Below are positions 1 to 8,789 of a stretch of 64,000 bases of DNA, piece after piece. Below the pieces are notes generated by a model. That model was not told where the DNA came from and made no database searches. It saw nothing but the letters and a program-made list of their open reading frames with translations. How positions within the stretch are numbered: position 1 is the first letter of the stretch; every line of letters starts with the position of its first letter. The translations under genes and the position numbers were made by a program. The stretch lies in the IMG/VR virus record IMGVR_UViG_3300028558_000016, positions 418,157-482,156 of that record, one strand, 5' to 3'.

Positions 1-56
1 GACAGAGCGCCGGTCTTCGGAACCGGGCGTCGGGAGTTCGAATCTCTCCGTGGGTA
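1..56 (+). tRNA. tRNA-Arg(UCG), 5' end cut by window edge
   Basis: Anticodon arm ccggt-cttcgga-accgg; T arm gggag-ttcgaat-ctctc; 3' acceptor strand cgtgggt plus discriminator A; no encoded CCA. Confidence 0.9.
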
Positions 57-80
57 CTGAAGTAAAATGGAATTAAATAT

Positions 81-170
81 GCCCGTGTAGCCGAGGAAGT
101 TTTCTAAACTTTTATCCGTAATTGGAGCTGCGTCTCACGACTAATGGGGGTTCGAATCCCTCCACGGGTA
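81..170 (+). tRNA. Atypical tRNA-like element, apparent Arg(UCU) anticodon, no D-arm, 33-nt variable region
   Basis: Acceptor gcccgtg/cacgggt; T arm ggggg-ttcgaat-ccctc; arm gaagt-tttctaa-acttt has the same loop as the canonical Arg(UCU) gene at 4389; only 8 nt between acceptor and anticodon arm. Confidence 0.55.
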
Positions 171-185
171 CTTAAAATTAAAGTT

Positions 186-1349
186 ATGAAAATTGATATT
201 GATAAAATAAAACAGATCCCCAAAGAGATTTCGGAAGAATTTGGGATGTGCGTCTATGGACCAATCTCAGATGAGATTAAGGCATGGATGGAATTCCATG
301 GTATGCAATCGCAAAACATGGGAAATTATACAAACATCTATACAGATAAAAACATTATTGATCTGTTCAATAAACCAGAACCATTTGAATACATCGATGG
401 GTTCAGTCCAAACCTAAACAAGAATCTTCACATTGGACACTTCTCAAATTTAGTTCTTGCAAAGGCTTTCGTCTCTCTTGGAATAGCAAAGAAGACTGTG
501 GCAATATTGGGAGACACGTTAGAAGGGGATGTTTCAAAGGAAGATGCGTTGAACAACTACAATGAGATATGTGAGAAATTCTCATACCCCGTAGATAAGA
601 TGTTCATGGCTTCTGAAATGGAATCTGATTACAACCTCGTGGATGGTGTTCATGAATATGAAGGAACCAAAGTGTTCTATCTTGATACGCCATTAGTTGG
701 AATCAAAAGCGATGGGTCAACAACATATTTCTATCAGGACGTTGCATTGGCACAAAAATTAAATGCTCCAACATTATATCTTACAGGAAGCGAACAGAAC
801 GGACATTTCAACAGCTTAAAGGAAATGTTTCCTAAAATAAAGCACATTGGACTTGGACTTGTAAAAGCAAAAGGAGGAAAGATGTCAAGCAGACTCGGAA
901 ATGTTATTTGGATGCAAGATGTCATCGATGAAATGATGAGCAACTTTCAAGACGAAAAAGTGTGCTATAATGTTTTTGCAGGATTTATTTTGAAATCAAC
1001 TCCTAAGTCTGAAAAGAACATAGACATATATCAATTGGACAATCCATTGAATTCACCTGGATTGTACTTAAGCTATACGTTAGCAAAACTAAAAAGCGCT
1101 GGAGTGAAATGTGAAGGAAAAACATTCACCTCTCAAGATCTTCAATTCAAATACATGAAGGCCTTGAACTCTCTTTCTCCAAATATTTTGCTTGAAGGTT
1201 TAATTGATCATGCAAAGAAGATAAGCGGTTTATACATCACTCACAAGATAAAAGATAATGCGGTGAACCAGTCCATGTTTGAAATATTGGGTTCAGATTT
1301 ATTATTAGGAATGAGCCTCCTGGGTTTATTTGATGTTGACAAGGTTTAA
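186..1349 (+). CDS. argS: Arginyl-tRNA synthetase, shortened (about 387 aa)
   Basis: SPNLNKNLHIGH (HIGH motif), KSDGSTTY, KMSSRLGNVI and a DALR-like SPGLYLSYTLAKL segment; start moved to ATG 186 because the upstream ORF part overlaps the tRNA-like element. Confidence 0.9.
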   Translation: MKIDIDKIKQIPKEISEEFGMCVYGPISDEIKAWMEFHGMQSQNMGNYTNIYTDKNIIDLFNKPEPFEYIDGFSPNLNKNLHIGHFSNLVLAKAFVSLGIAKKTVAILGDTLEGDVSKEDALNNYNEICEKFSYPVDKMFMASEMESDYNLVDGVHEYEGTKVFYLDTPLVGIKSDGSTTYFYQDVALAQKLNAPTLYLTGSEQNGHFNSLKEMFPKIKHIGLGLVKAKGGKMSSRLGNVIWMQDVIDEMMSNFQDEKVCYNVFAGFILKSTPKSEKNIDIYQLDNPLNSPGLYLSYTLAKLKSAGVKCEGKTFTSQDLQFKYMKALNSLSPNILLEGLIDHAKKISGLYITHKIKDNAVNQSMFEILGSDLLLGMSLLGLFDVDKV

Positions 1350-1406
1350 TTAATTTTTCGTAAATTAGTCTTGCGCATCTATTTATAAACTGATAATCTA
1401 AATCAA

Positions 1407-2363
1407 ATGGCAACCAAAACATCTAAAGCCGCAACAGGAACCGTGAAAGCACGAACAGCAGGAAGAAAAGCAACGACATCAACAAAGACACCAATGAAAG
1501 CAGAAACTACATTGGAACCAAAAAAGGCCTCGAAGATTAAAATAAGTGGAAAAGAAGTTACATTGAACGGGTATTTTAAAATTGAATTGGGAACCTTTTC
1601 GATTTTAAAGCACAACATCCGAAACAACATAAGCACTCTTTTAATAGGTCCAACAGGACTTGGAAAAACAGATGTCGCAGTTAACATTGCGTCTGTGCTC
1701 GATGTTCCTATAACCATATTTGATATGGGAACGATGACTGACCCCATCATGGGACTTGTTGGAACTCACGTCATAGAGGTTAAAGATGGAAAAACATATT
1801 CTGAATTCAAGAAAAGCAGATTCTCTGACGTCATCCAAAAACCAGGAATAGTTTTATTGGATGAGGTCAATCGTGCTGCATCAGCCGCTAACAACTTATT
1901 ATTTCCTTGTTTAGATTTCAGAAGAGAGCTTCCAATGGAATATTCGTTTGGAGATACTAAGCCAATTCCAATTCATCCTAAATGTGTTTTCTTTGCAACG
2001 GCAAATATAGGATCTCAGTATACCGGAACTCACAAGCTTGACAGAGCATTAATCGATAGGTTCATGATTATTGCAGTTGATAGTCTCAACACTCAACAAA
2101 TTATGTCCACGTTAGAAGTGACTCATTCTAAATTAAGTGAGACTGACAGAAAAAAGATTGTTGACATTTACAACAAGATAAACAAAGAGCATGACGATTT
2201 CAAAATAGGTTTCAATTTGTCAATACGACATTTGAAAACTGTTGCGACACTTGTGCAAAACAAGTTCACGATATATGATGCGTATTATGCAATATGCAAA
2301 GGACTTGGTGGACCAGAAGGATTAAAAGCTATTGAATCGATCTTAAGCACCTCTAAAAAATGA
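1407..2363 (+). CDS. MoxR/CbbQ-NirQ-NorQ family AAA+ ATPase
   Basis: GPTGLGKT Walker A, LLDEVNR Walker B, ATAN sensor, LDRALIDRF. Confidence 0.9.
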   Translation: MATKTSKAATGTVKARTAGRKATTSTKTPMKAETTLEPKKASKIKISGKEVTLNGYFKIELGTFSILKHNIRNNISTLLIGPTGLGKTDVAVNIASVLDVPITIFDMGTMTDPIMGLVGTHVIEVKDGKTYSEFKKSRFSDVIQKPGIVLLDEVNRAASAANNLLFPCLDFRRELPMEYSFGDTKPIPIHPKCVFFATANIGSQYTGTHKLDRALIDRFMIIAVDSLNTQQIMSTLEVTHSKLSETDRKKIVDIYNKINKEHDDFKIGFNLSIRHLKTVATLVQNKFTIYDAYYAICKGLGGPEGLKAIESILSTSKK

Positions 2364-4099
2364 TAGGATTTGATATTACAGGAAAGAAATCAAAAAGCGT
2401 AACTAAATGGGAAGACTCATTGTTTGGAGGCTATTACAGAACTGTAATGGATTACCCGGACGTGAAAGTTCACAGCAACGTTGATTTTGATTTTGGAACC
2501 ATAGCGTATGGAAGTTACTTTTTAAAAGAGAAGATCTTGAAGATTTTCTTATCTAAGGTTAAAACACACGGTTACACTACAAAGCTTTTGGATAACTGTA
2601 CTGTCGAAAGAAAACGAGATGCATGGGGTGATGAAATCACTGAGGCCACCGTAGATAATAACAGCAAGCTCAGTACAATAAGAGCTGTGATTGCAAGAGA
2701 ACCAGAGTTTGCTCCTATGTTTTCCCATTATATGAAGTTTATAATGGACACCAGAATTTACTTTTACAAAAGCAATTCTAAAGCTCCAAGCAATGGGACT
2801 GGTTCTTCAGACGACGATTTTGAAGAATTTAAGGATGAAAACGAAAATGACGAATCATCCGGAAAATCAGAAGAAGAAAAATCTAAAAACGGAAACTCCG
2901 GTAAAGGCAAAGAGAAAGAGAAAGAAGAAGAGAAACCAGAAGAAACCAAGGATGAAAGCTCTGGTGATGGAGAAGGAGAAGAAAAAGAGGAGCCAGAAAA
3001 TTCCGAATCTGATGGTTCAAATTCTGAAGAAGAAAAGGAAGAAGAAAAAGGAGATGGAGAAGGAGAAGGAGAAGAAAAATCTCCAGAGGATAAGGCGTTG
3101 GAAGATAAATTAGAAAAAGAACTTGAGAAAAGGAAACAGGAAATAGAAGAACGAGAACAGAAGGCAAAACAAAAACCTGTCAAAAAATTAACTCAGGCTG
3201 AAATAAATCAAATCCAAGAATCTTTCAAAAAGGCCATTCAAAGTATAGTTGAAGAGTCCATTGTTCATAGCTACATTTCAGGATTTAAAAAACCTGTTAA
3301 AGTAATTTTTGAACGACCAAATGTTAGAGACACTGAGTTTAATTACGAAGACAAAAGAATAGCCGAGAATCTCGTTAAGATGCTCGACATTTCATTTGAC
3401 CCAGCGAAAGAAATAGTAAAGAACTTGCGTCTTGGCAAATTGGACATATCAAAGATTGCAGAGGTTCCAGCCGGAAATATTGCCATATACAAGCAGGATG
3501 TGGAAAATCAAACGACTAAACCATTTAGCATTGTAATATTATGTGATGAGTCAGGAAGCATGGGTTCTGGACATGAATACAAAGGACGTGGCGATAAATT
3601 GTATTCGCAATATAGAATAGTCAAACAATTGTACTTGGCATTTTCTGACATCATTCCACAGAATAAACTCTATGTGTATGGACATTCGGGATCAGAAGAA
3701 CCTGAGCTTTATGTTTATCAAGATTCTTATCGTCCAAATTTTACCAAGACGATTGATCACATGATCCACAACCATAATCACCATTCCAATTATGATGGAC
3801 CTGCAATAGAAGAAGTTTACAATCAGGTAAGAAATTCCACCGATGATAGAATAATTTTTATTTGTCTTTCTGATGGTCAACCTGCTGGAAATAATTATGG
3901 AGGTCACGATGATCAATTGAAAATGAAACAAATAATTGAAAAATGTAAGAGGGATGAATTCGTGACTGTTGGTGTTGGAATTCAATATTTCACCGTAAAG
4001 AATCTTTATCAATACAGCACGGTGGTAACTGATCTGGATGAAATGGCTAAGAAAGTGAGTCACATAGTCAATCACGTGGTCAAAAGTGAGTTTCAATAA
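2360..4099 (+). CDS. CobT-like vWA-domain protein with long acidic/charged linker; probable partner of the MoxR ATPase
   Basis: MIDAS-like ILCDESGSM and CLSDGQP; E/K/S/G-rich linker; ATGA overlap with the ATPase. Confidence 0.85.
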   Translation: MIGFDITGKKSKSVTKWEDSLFGGYYRTVMDYPDVKVHSNVDFDFGTIAYGSYFLKEKILKIFLSKVKTHGYTTKLLDNCTVERKRDAWGDEITEATVDNNSKLSTIRAVIAREPEFAPMFSHYMKFIMDTRIYFYKSNSKAPSNGTGSSDDDFEEFKDENENDESSGKSEEEKSKNGNSGKGKEKEKEEEKPEETKDESSGDGEGEEKEEPENSESDGSNSEEEKEEEKGDGEGEGEEKSPEDKALEDKLEKELEKRKQEIEEREQKAKQKPVKKLTQAEINQIQESFKKAIQSIVEESIVHSYISGFKKPVKVIFERPNVRDTEFNYEDKRIAENLVKMLDISFDPAKEIVKNLRLGKLDISKIAEVPAGNIAIYKQDVENQTTKPFSIVILCDESGSMGSGHEYKGRGDKLYSQYRIVKQLYLAFSDIIPQNKLYVYGHSGSEEPELYVYQDSYRPNFTKTIDHMIHNHNHHSNYDGPAIEEVYNQVRNSTDDRIIFICLSDGQPAGNNYGGHDDQLKMKQIIEKCKRDEFVTVGVGIQYFTVKNLYQYSTVVTDLDEMAKKVSHIVNHVVKSEFQ

Positions 4100-4116
4100 T
4101 TTTTTGTATATTAGCT

Positions 4117-4389
4117 ATGTTCTTTGACACGATACAAAATATTCTTCTCGCAAAGAGAAAGAGAAAAGAGTATGGATATACAGCAGTAGGAGAATTGCTT
4201 AGAAATGTTCATGGAACTGAAGCAAAAATAATAGATGTTATTTTTAATCCGGCTGGATCCATTATAAAATTTGCTTACGATGATGACATGTTCTATTATA
4301 CAACAATAGAGAAGCTCCAGACAAAATATTTTAAGATGATTGAATATTCTTCTGGTAGAATGTCAAATGAAGAATATGGAAATGAATAG
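4117..4389 (+). CDS. Hypothetical protein
   Basis: 90-aa ORF in the co-oriented block. Confidence 0.6.
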   Translation: MFFDTIQNILLAKRKRKEYGYTAVGELLRNVHGTEAKIIDVIFNPAGSIIKFAYDDDMFYYTTIEKLQTKYFKMIEYSSGRMSNEEYGNE

Positions 4390-4462
4390 GTCCCGTAGCT
4401 CAGCTGGATAGAGCACAGGTTTTCTAAACCTGCGGTCCTTGGTTCGAATCCAAGCGGGATCA
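4389..4462 (+). tRNA. tRNA-Arg(UCU)
   Basis: Full cloverleaf: ggtcccg/cgggatc; D arm gctc-agctggata-gagc with A20; caggt-tttctaa-acctg; T loop ttcgaat. Confidence 0.95.
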
Positions 4463-4466
4463 CAAA

Positions 4467-4706
4467 ATGGAGAAATTTTTTAGCGACATACAGAAACACA
4501 TCCTAATCGTCAGAAAAGGAAAGATGATGGGAAAGGAACTCAGCGATAAAATAAAAGATTTATCCTCAGTTACTGACAAAATGAGAAAAAATTTGTTGAA
4601 CGATCTTGAAACAAAATTTGGAATAAGGATTGAAGCAATGACAACAGTGACATTCGATAAAAATGGAAAAGTTAAAACGGAAAGAATAATAGATTTTAAG
4701 GAATAA
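4467..4706 (+). CDS. Hypothetical protein
   Basis: 79-aa ORF, stop/start coupled to the next gene. Confidence 0.65.
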   Translation: MEKFFSDIQKHILIVRKGKMMGKELSDKIKDLSSVTDKMRKNLLNDLETKFGIRIEAMTTVTFDKNGKVKTERIIDFKE

Positions 4707-5047
4707 TGGAAATAATAATGTTTATACTTGGAGCAGCCACGGTGCTGTTCATTCAGTTTTTAATGAAGAACAATTCTACAAAGAAGGTGATGAAAACTAT
4801 TTATAACCCAATAGTTGAAGCCACTTATGAGAAAGGAATTATGACTGTGAAATATCACAATGGACAAGTTTCTCGATACCAGGGAAGTTCCACAGTGTGG
4901 CATTCATATCCATTGATGCACAGGATAGGAACTTTGGGAGAAGGAAGATTGTGTGATATTTACCAATACATTAAAACTCATGGAAATCCTTATCCAACAG
5001 CACACAAGAAATTAGAAGAAGAAAAGAAAAACGCGTTTTACGAATAA
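4706..5047 (+). CDS. Hypothetical protein with N-terminal hydrophobic anchor
   Basis: MEIIMFILGAATVLFIQFLM; coupled ORF. Confidence 0.65.
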   Translation: MEIIMFILGAATVLFIQFLMKNNSTKKVMKTIYNPIVEATYEKGIMTVKYHNGQVSRYQGSSTVWHSYPLMHRIGTLGEGRLCDIYQYIKTHGNPYPTAHKKLEEEKKNAFYE

Positions 5048-5418
5048 TGTTCATGTACGGATTATATGCAAATGATGAAACCATGCGACAGTATGTGGAA
5101 TTCATCTGTGCTCAAATAAGCACACGCTGTGGAGCATCCGTTAATGCGACCAGCGGTTTTCCTATGAAAGGCTATTACGTTCCCGTTAAGTTGGAAATAA
5201 AAGAAAAGCTTTCAAGATCTGCTGAAATGAAAATGACCGTGTTTGGATATGAAAAAGAATTCATATTCTTCATGAGCAGACACAAGAGTCCTGATTCATT
5301 GTTGCATGAGCTCCAAAGAAAGATCGATGAATTGACTTTGGAAGTAATAAAAGAAAATAACATGGACCAAGACAAAATATACAATGACCATCATCCTTTA
5401 AAAAATTTAAAATTATAA
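5047..5418 (+). CDS. Hypothetical protein
   Basis: 123-aa coupled ORF. Confidence 0.6.
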   Translation: MFMYGLYANDETMRQYVEFICAQISTRCGASVNATSGFPMKGYYVPVKLEIKEKLSRSAEMKMTVFGYEKEFIFFMSRHKSPDSLLHELQRKIDELTLEVIKENNMDQDKIYNDHHPLKNLKL

Positions 5419-5419
5419 T

Positions 5420-6112
5420 ATGTCAGCATTTAATTTAGCAGTTCCACCACATCCACTATCCTCGTTATTACTAAGAGCAATTAACTGGGCACAGCCTGAT
5501 GATCCTGAAAAGAAATATCCTATTCTTGGAAGAATGAGATATGTTTGGATCGATGAAGAGAAAAATATTAAGATTCTGGTTAGAGATGCTCCTGACTCAT
5601 GGTCAGAGGAAAAGGACGAAGTGATGAAACAAATCAAAGGTCATGAAACTTTTGTGAGTGTTGAAGTTTCTGAAAAAGATTCTACACATCTAATTGCCAC
5701 ATTCAAGCCTGTAATGGAAACTTCTTATGACAGAAGCATTCCAATGGATGAATTCCTCGATAACATCCACATATTTGATGAGGGTGCTCAATCTAAAGGT
5801 TGGCCGTCTCTTCTTGTTGGACCATGGGAATTATTTGATATTGCTATGGAGAAAATGAAAAATGGAGAGATGAGTCCCAAGATGGAGAGATTTGGTGAGC
5901 AATTAAAAGAAATGCTAAATGAGTCGGAAGCGGAAGACAAGCTTGAAGAGATGACAAAGGAAGCTGGTATTGATGGATTTGAAACTAAGAAAATAAAAGT
6001 GATGACAGTCGACAGAGTAGGAAATTTGAGTGATGAGACTGAAAGATTCATGAAAGAAAATGACAATGGAAAAACTCCTGGACAAGATACAAGCCAAGAT
6101 ACTCGTTCTTAA
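5420..6112 (+). CDS. Hypothetical acidic protein
   Basis: 230-aa ORF. Confidence 0.7.
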   Translation: MSAFNLAVPPHPLSSLLLRAINWAQPDDPEKKYPILGRMRYVWIDEEKNIKILVRDAPDSWSEEKDEVMKQIKGHETFVSVEVSEKDSTHLIATFKPVMETSYDRSIPMDEFLDNIHIFDEGAQSKGWPSLLVGPWELFDIAMEKMKNGEMSPKMERFGEQLKEMLNESEAEDKLEEMTKEAGIDGFETKKIKVMTVDRVGNLSDETERFMKENDNGKTPGQDTSQDTRS

Positions 6113-6221
6113 GCGAAAGAAACTGGCTAACATTGCAGTTTATTCAAAAGCTGTAAATGAAAGGTTTTATGGAAACATTACGGTGAAAACATTCACAATT
6201 GAATTAAAAATAAAGGAATGA
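6066..6221 (+). CDS. Small hypothetical protein (51 aa, not in ORF track)
   Basis: MEKLLDKIQAKILVLKRKK resembles the start of 6547..6840 (MEKFANKITELLVLKRKN); TGA overlaps the ATG at 6218. Confidence 0.55.
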   Translation: MEKLLDKIQAKILVLKRKKLANIAVYSKAVNERFYGNITVKTFTIELKIKE

Positions 6222-6547
6222 AAATAATTGAAAAGGAAAATAAAGAGGTAAACGTATTAAAGGATGTCATCTGCGACTGCTGTGGGAAAAGCTGTAACAT
6301 ATTCTTGGAAAAAGATCACCTTGTATCAAATTTCGAGTGCATGACACTCAAAGCCAATTGGGGATATGGCACTAAGAAGGATATGGAAAGATGGACTGCT
6401 CAAATATGCGAAAAATGCGTGGATGAAAAATTAGTTCCATTAATTAAGTTTAAAAAGGAAGATCTCGATTTCAATACCGTTATAGGAACTCAATCAGATT
6501 ATGGAAATAGATTAGAAGAAGGTCCATATCCAGGAATAGAAGACTAA
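6218..6547 (+). CDS. Hypothetical zinc-finger-like protein
   Basis: CDCCGKSC and CEKC cysteine clusters. Confidence 0.65.
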   Translation: MKIIEKENKEVNVLKDVICDCCGKSCNIFLEKDHLVSNFECMTLKANWGYGTKKDMERWTAQICEKCVDEKLVPLIKFKKEDLDFNTVIGTQSDYGNRLEEGPYPGIED

Positions 6548-6840
6548 TGGAAAAATTTGCAAATAAAATAACCGAATTGCTCGTTTTAAAGAGAAAAAAT
6601 AACAAAATCTTTAAAAACGTTTCAGGAATGGAATTTATTTGGGAAATGGCAGCAAATTTTGGAATCCATAATATACAAACTGTTTCTATAATAGCAGAAA
6701 AAGATTTTATGACGCCGATGGTAGTTATAAATGGATTGGTTGTCGGAAACATATCGCGTGAAATGCTTCAGGATATTAAATCTAAAGGTTCACCGCCGGC
6801 ATGTTGGAATGAGGAAATAATGGAAATAATGGTCCCTTAG
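6547..6840 (+). CDS. Hypothetical protein
   Basis: 97-aa coupled ORF; last codons overlap the tRNA. Confidence 0.6.
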   Translation: MEKFANKITELLVLKRKNNKIFKNVSGMEFIWEMAANFGIHNIQTVSIIAEKDFMTPMVVINGLVVGNISREMLQDIKSKGSPPACWNEEIMEIMVP

Positions 6841-6904
6841 CTCAGTTGGTTAGAGCGCCTGACTCATAATCAGAGGGTCGCAGGTTCAAATCCTGCAGGG
6901 ACCA
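6831..6904 (+). tRNA. tRNA with CAU anticodon, probably Ile2 (lysidine-type)
   Basis: ggtccct/agggacc acceptor, loop ctcataa; overall sequence resembles recalled bacterial tRNA-Ile2 (GGCCCCTTAGCTCAGTGGTTAGAGC...GACTCATAATC) more than initiator Met. Confidence 0.9.
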
Positions 6905-6905
6905 C

Positions 6906-7493
6906 ATGATAACAATTGGTATAGCTGGTGGAATGGGTTCTGGTAAGAGCCACATAAGCAAAGCATTTGCAAAGAATGGAATTCCTGTTTATGACTGTGA
7001 TAGCCAAACTAAGGATTTGTTAAACAGGAATGAAAGATTAAAATCCAACATGATTTCCGCGTTTGGAGAAGGATGTTATGTTAACGGAAAATACAGCAGA
7101 GATTACATAGTCGAATTGGCATCTAAAAATCCTAATGTGGTAGATGATACTGGAAAAATAATAGGTCCGTATCTTATTGAAGACTTCAAAACATTTAAAG
7201 AAATTAATGAGTCTTTCCATACTCCATTCATTGCTATAGAATCTGCGATACTTACTAAATCAAAAAAGCTTATGAATGAAATCAATAAGCTTCTTGTGGT
7301 GACTGCCCCATTTGAAATAAGAATGGATAGAATTAAAAAGAGAGATCCATTTAGAACTGACGATGAAATCAAATTGTTATTAAGCAAACAGCCTGAGATC
7401 AAATTGTGTGAAATAGATTTTCTTATAGATAATGATGGAACTAAAAATGTGGATGATGCCGTTGTGACAATTATTAATGGACTTATTCCTTAA
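6906..7493 (+). CDS. coaE: Dephospho-CoA kinase
   Basis: ITIGIAGGMGSGKS P-loop, IPVYDCD, AIESAIL, LLVVTAPFEIRMDRIKKRD. Confidence 0.85.
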   Translation: MITIGIAGGMGSGKSHISKAFAKNGIPVYDCDSQTKDLLNRNERLKSNMISAFGEGCYVNGKYSRDYIVELASKNPNVVDDTGKIIGPYLIEDFKTFKEINESFHTPFIAIESAILTKSKKLMNEINKLLVVTAPFEIRMDRIKKRDPFRTDDEIKLLLSKQPEIKLCEIDFLIDNDGTKNVDDAVVTIINGLIP

Positions 7494-8022
7494 CTATCTG
7501 AATGCACTTAGGATTGAAAACGATATAGCTATAAATGTCATCTCCTTTTAAAACTGTTGCTCCATCATATTTTATGTGAACCATGTTCTTGGCAAATAAA
7601 TCAGGTTTCCCTTCGTAAAATTCATCAGCTAAAATCTTATAACAGTTGTGAGCACTTCCACCATTCATGATGTGATCAATGGCTTTGAAATATGCTTCCC
7701 TTGCATTGTGATCAAACTTCTTTAATGTCTCATCCTTGTCTGGCGCATAAGACAACATGTAAACGACGTCATCTCTTTTTGGAGGTCCTTGGTCAGAAAC
7801 CATTCTTCCTAATTTAAGTTGTGCTTTGGTAACATAGGCTCCATGTTTTCTTGCATCATTTTCCTTGGACAAAAATAATATTCCAGACACCTCATCTTTG
7901 TGTTCAAACATGTTATCAAACGTGAATCCTTTTTTCACTTCAATTCCACCATGATAGCCCACGATCATTTCAGGTCCTACCTTGTCAGGAAATCTTTCTT
8001 TGAAACGTTGAATGTATCCCAT
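7483..8022 (-). CDS. Putative ADP-ribosyltransferase-fold protein (ART-PolyVal-like)
   Basis: VGYHGG, ILFLSKE..A..HG, and terminal YDGATVL..DIYSYIVFNPKCIQIV pattern. Confidence 0.55.
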   Translation of the reverse strand: MGYIQRFKERFPDKVGPEMIVGYHGGIEVKKGFTFDNMFEHKDEVSGILFLSKENDARKHGAYVTKAQLKLGRMVSDQGPPKRDDVVYMLSYAPDKDETLKKFDHNAREAYFKAIDHIMNGGSAHNCYKILADEFYEGKPDLFAKNMVHIKYDGATVLKGDDIYSYIVFNPKCIQIVKE

Positions 8023-8339
8023 TACTTTTTAAATAATTTCTTTAAATCATTGATGCAAATCCTCTTCCATACCATGGCGTGCAATTTCAATTTTTTGAAA
8101 AAAGACTTCTCGCCAACTTTCTTAATTCTCATCCTTCTTACAAGCATTCGCTTCTCATTCAAAAGAGCATTCGACATTTCATATTCTTCAAACTGTGTGC
8201 AGCTTTTAATCCATCTGTTCAGTAATAAAATCTTTTGATTGTCGTTTAGCTTTTTTCTTTCAGCAGAGTACCAGGCAAGAATGAATTTAACTTTGTTGCG
8301 GCTATTATTTCTATCGTTATTGTTGCTCACGTTATCCAT
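8022..8339 (-). CDS. Hypothetical basic protein
   Basis: 105-aa ORF preceded by an AATATATA box. Confidence 0.6.
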   Translation of the reverse strand: MDNVSNNNDRNNSRNKVKFILAWYSAERKKLNDNQKILLLNRWIKSCTQFEEYEMSNALLNEKRMLVRRMRIKKVGEKSFFKKLKLHAMVWKRICINDLKKLFKK

Positions 8340-8426
8340 CTATTCTATATATTCGTGATTTTACGAAGTATTTTTCTATTATGAATATCATTTATTGAAT
8401 GGAAATTTGCATGGAAATGTCATTTT

Positions 8427-8453
8427 GTAACTATTTGATAATCAATAAGTTAC
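8427..8453. promoter_or_regulatory. 27-bp imperfect palindrome (operator-like)
   Basis: GTAACT-at-TTGAT-A-ATCAA-ta-AGTTAC in a divergent intergenic region; related copy at 15298-15324. Confidence 0.55.
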
Positions 8454-8518
8454 GCAATCATTTTTATATATGGAAAATAGTTAGTATATTTACATTGTAA
8501 ATCAAAACCAACCAAAAA

Positions 8519-8779
8519 ATGAGTGCAACCAAAGCGTACTATGAACAGTTCTTCCAGGAAGAACATCATGATTTTGTAGATGAATCCTCTTATGAAGATT
8601 TTCTTCGTATGGAAAGAGAACATCAACAACAAGAATTAAATCTTCTTGAAATGAGCGTCGAAGAACATGATGAAGAAATCATCGTTCAAAGAAGTCCAAA
8701 AACCCAAATAAATTGGGAAGAAAAAGCCAATGAGTTTTTGGCAGGAAGCAAAACTCCAATTCGTGACTTACCATTTTAA
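8519..8779 (+). CDS. Hypothetical acidic protein
   Basis: 86-aa ORF after an A-rich leader. Confidence 0.65.
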   Translation: MSATKAYYEQFFQEEHHDFVDESSYEDFLRMEREHQQQELNLLEMSVEEHDEEIIVQRSPKTQINWEEKANEFLAGSKTPIRDLPF

Positions 8780-8789
8780 AATTTAAAAC

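Noticed and set aside
144-185. Longer N-terminus of ArgRS given by the ORF track
   Set aside because: These codons lie within the T arm and acceptor stem of the tRNA-like element; ATG 186 is the plausible start.
2764-3183. Antisense and alternate-frame ORFs over the acidic vWA linker; likewise 15336..15713, 20571..20930, 33891..34757 and 40229..40975
   Set aside because: These are shadow ORFs from low-complexity or biased codons of real genes on the opposite strand or in another frame.
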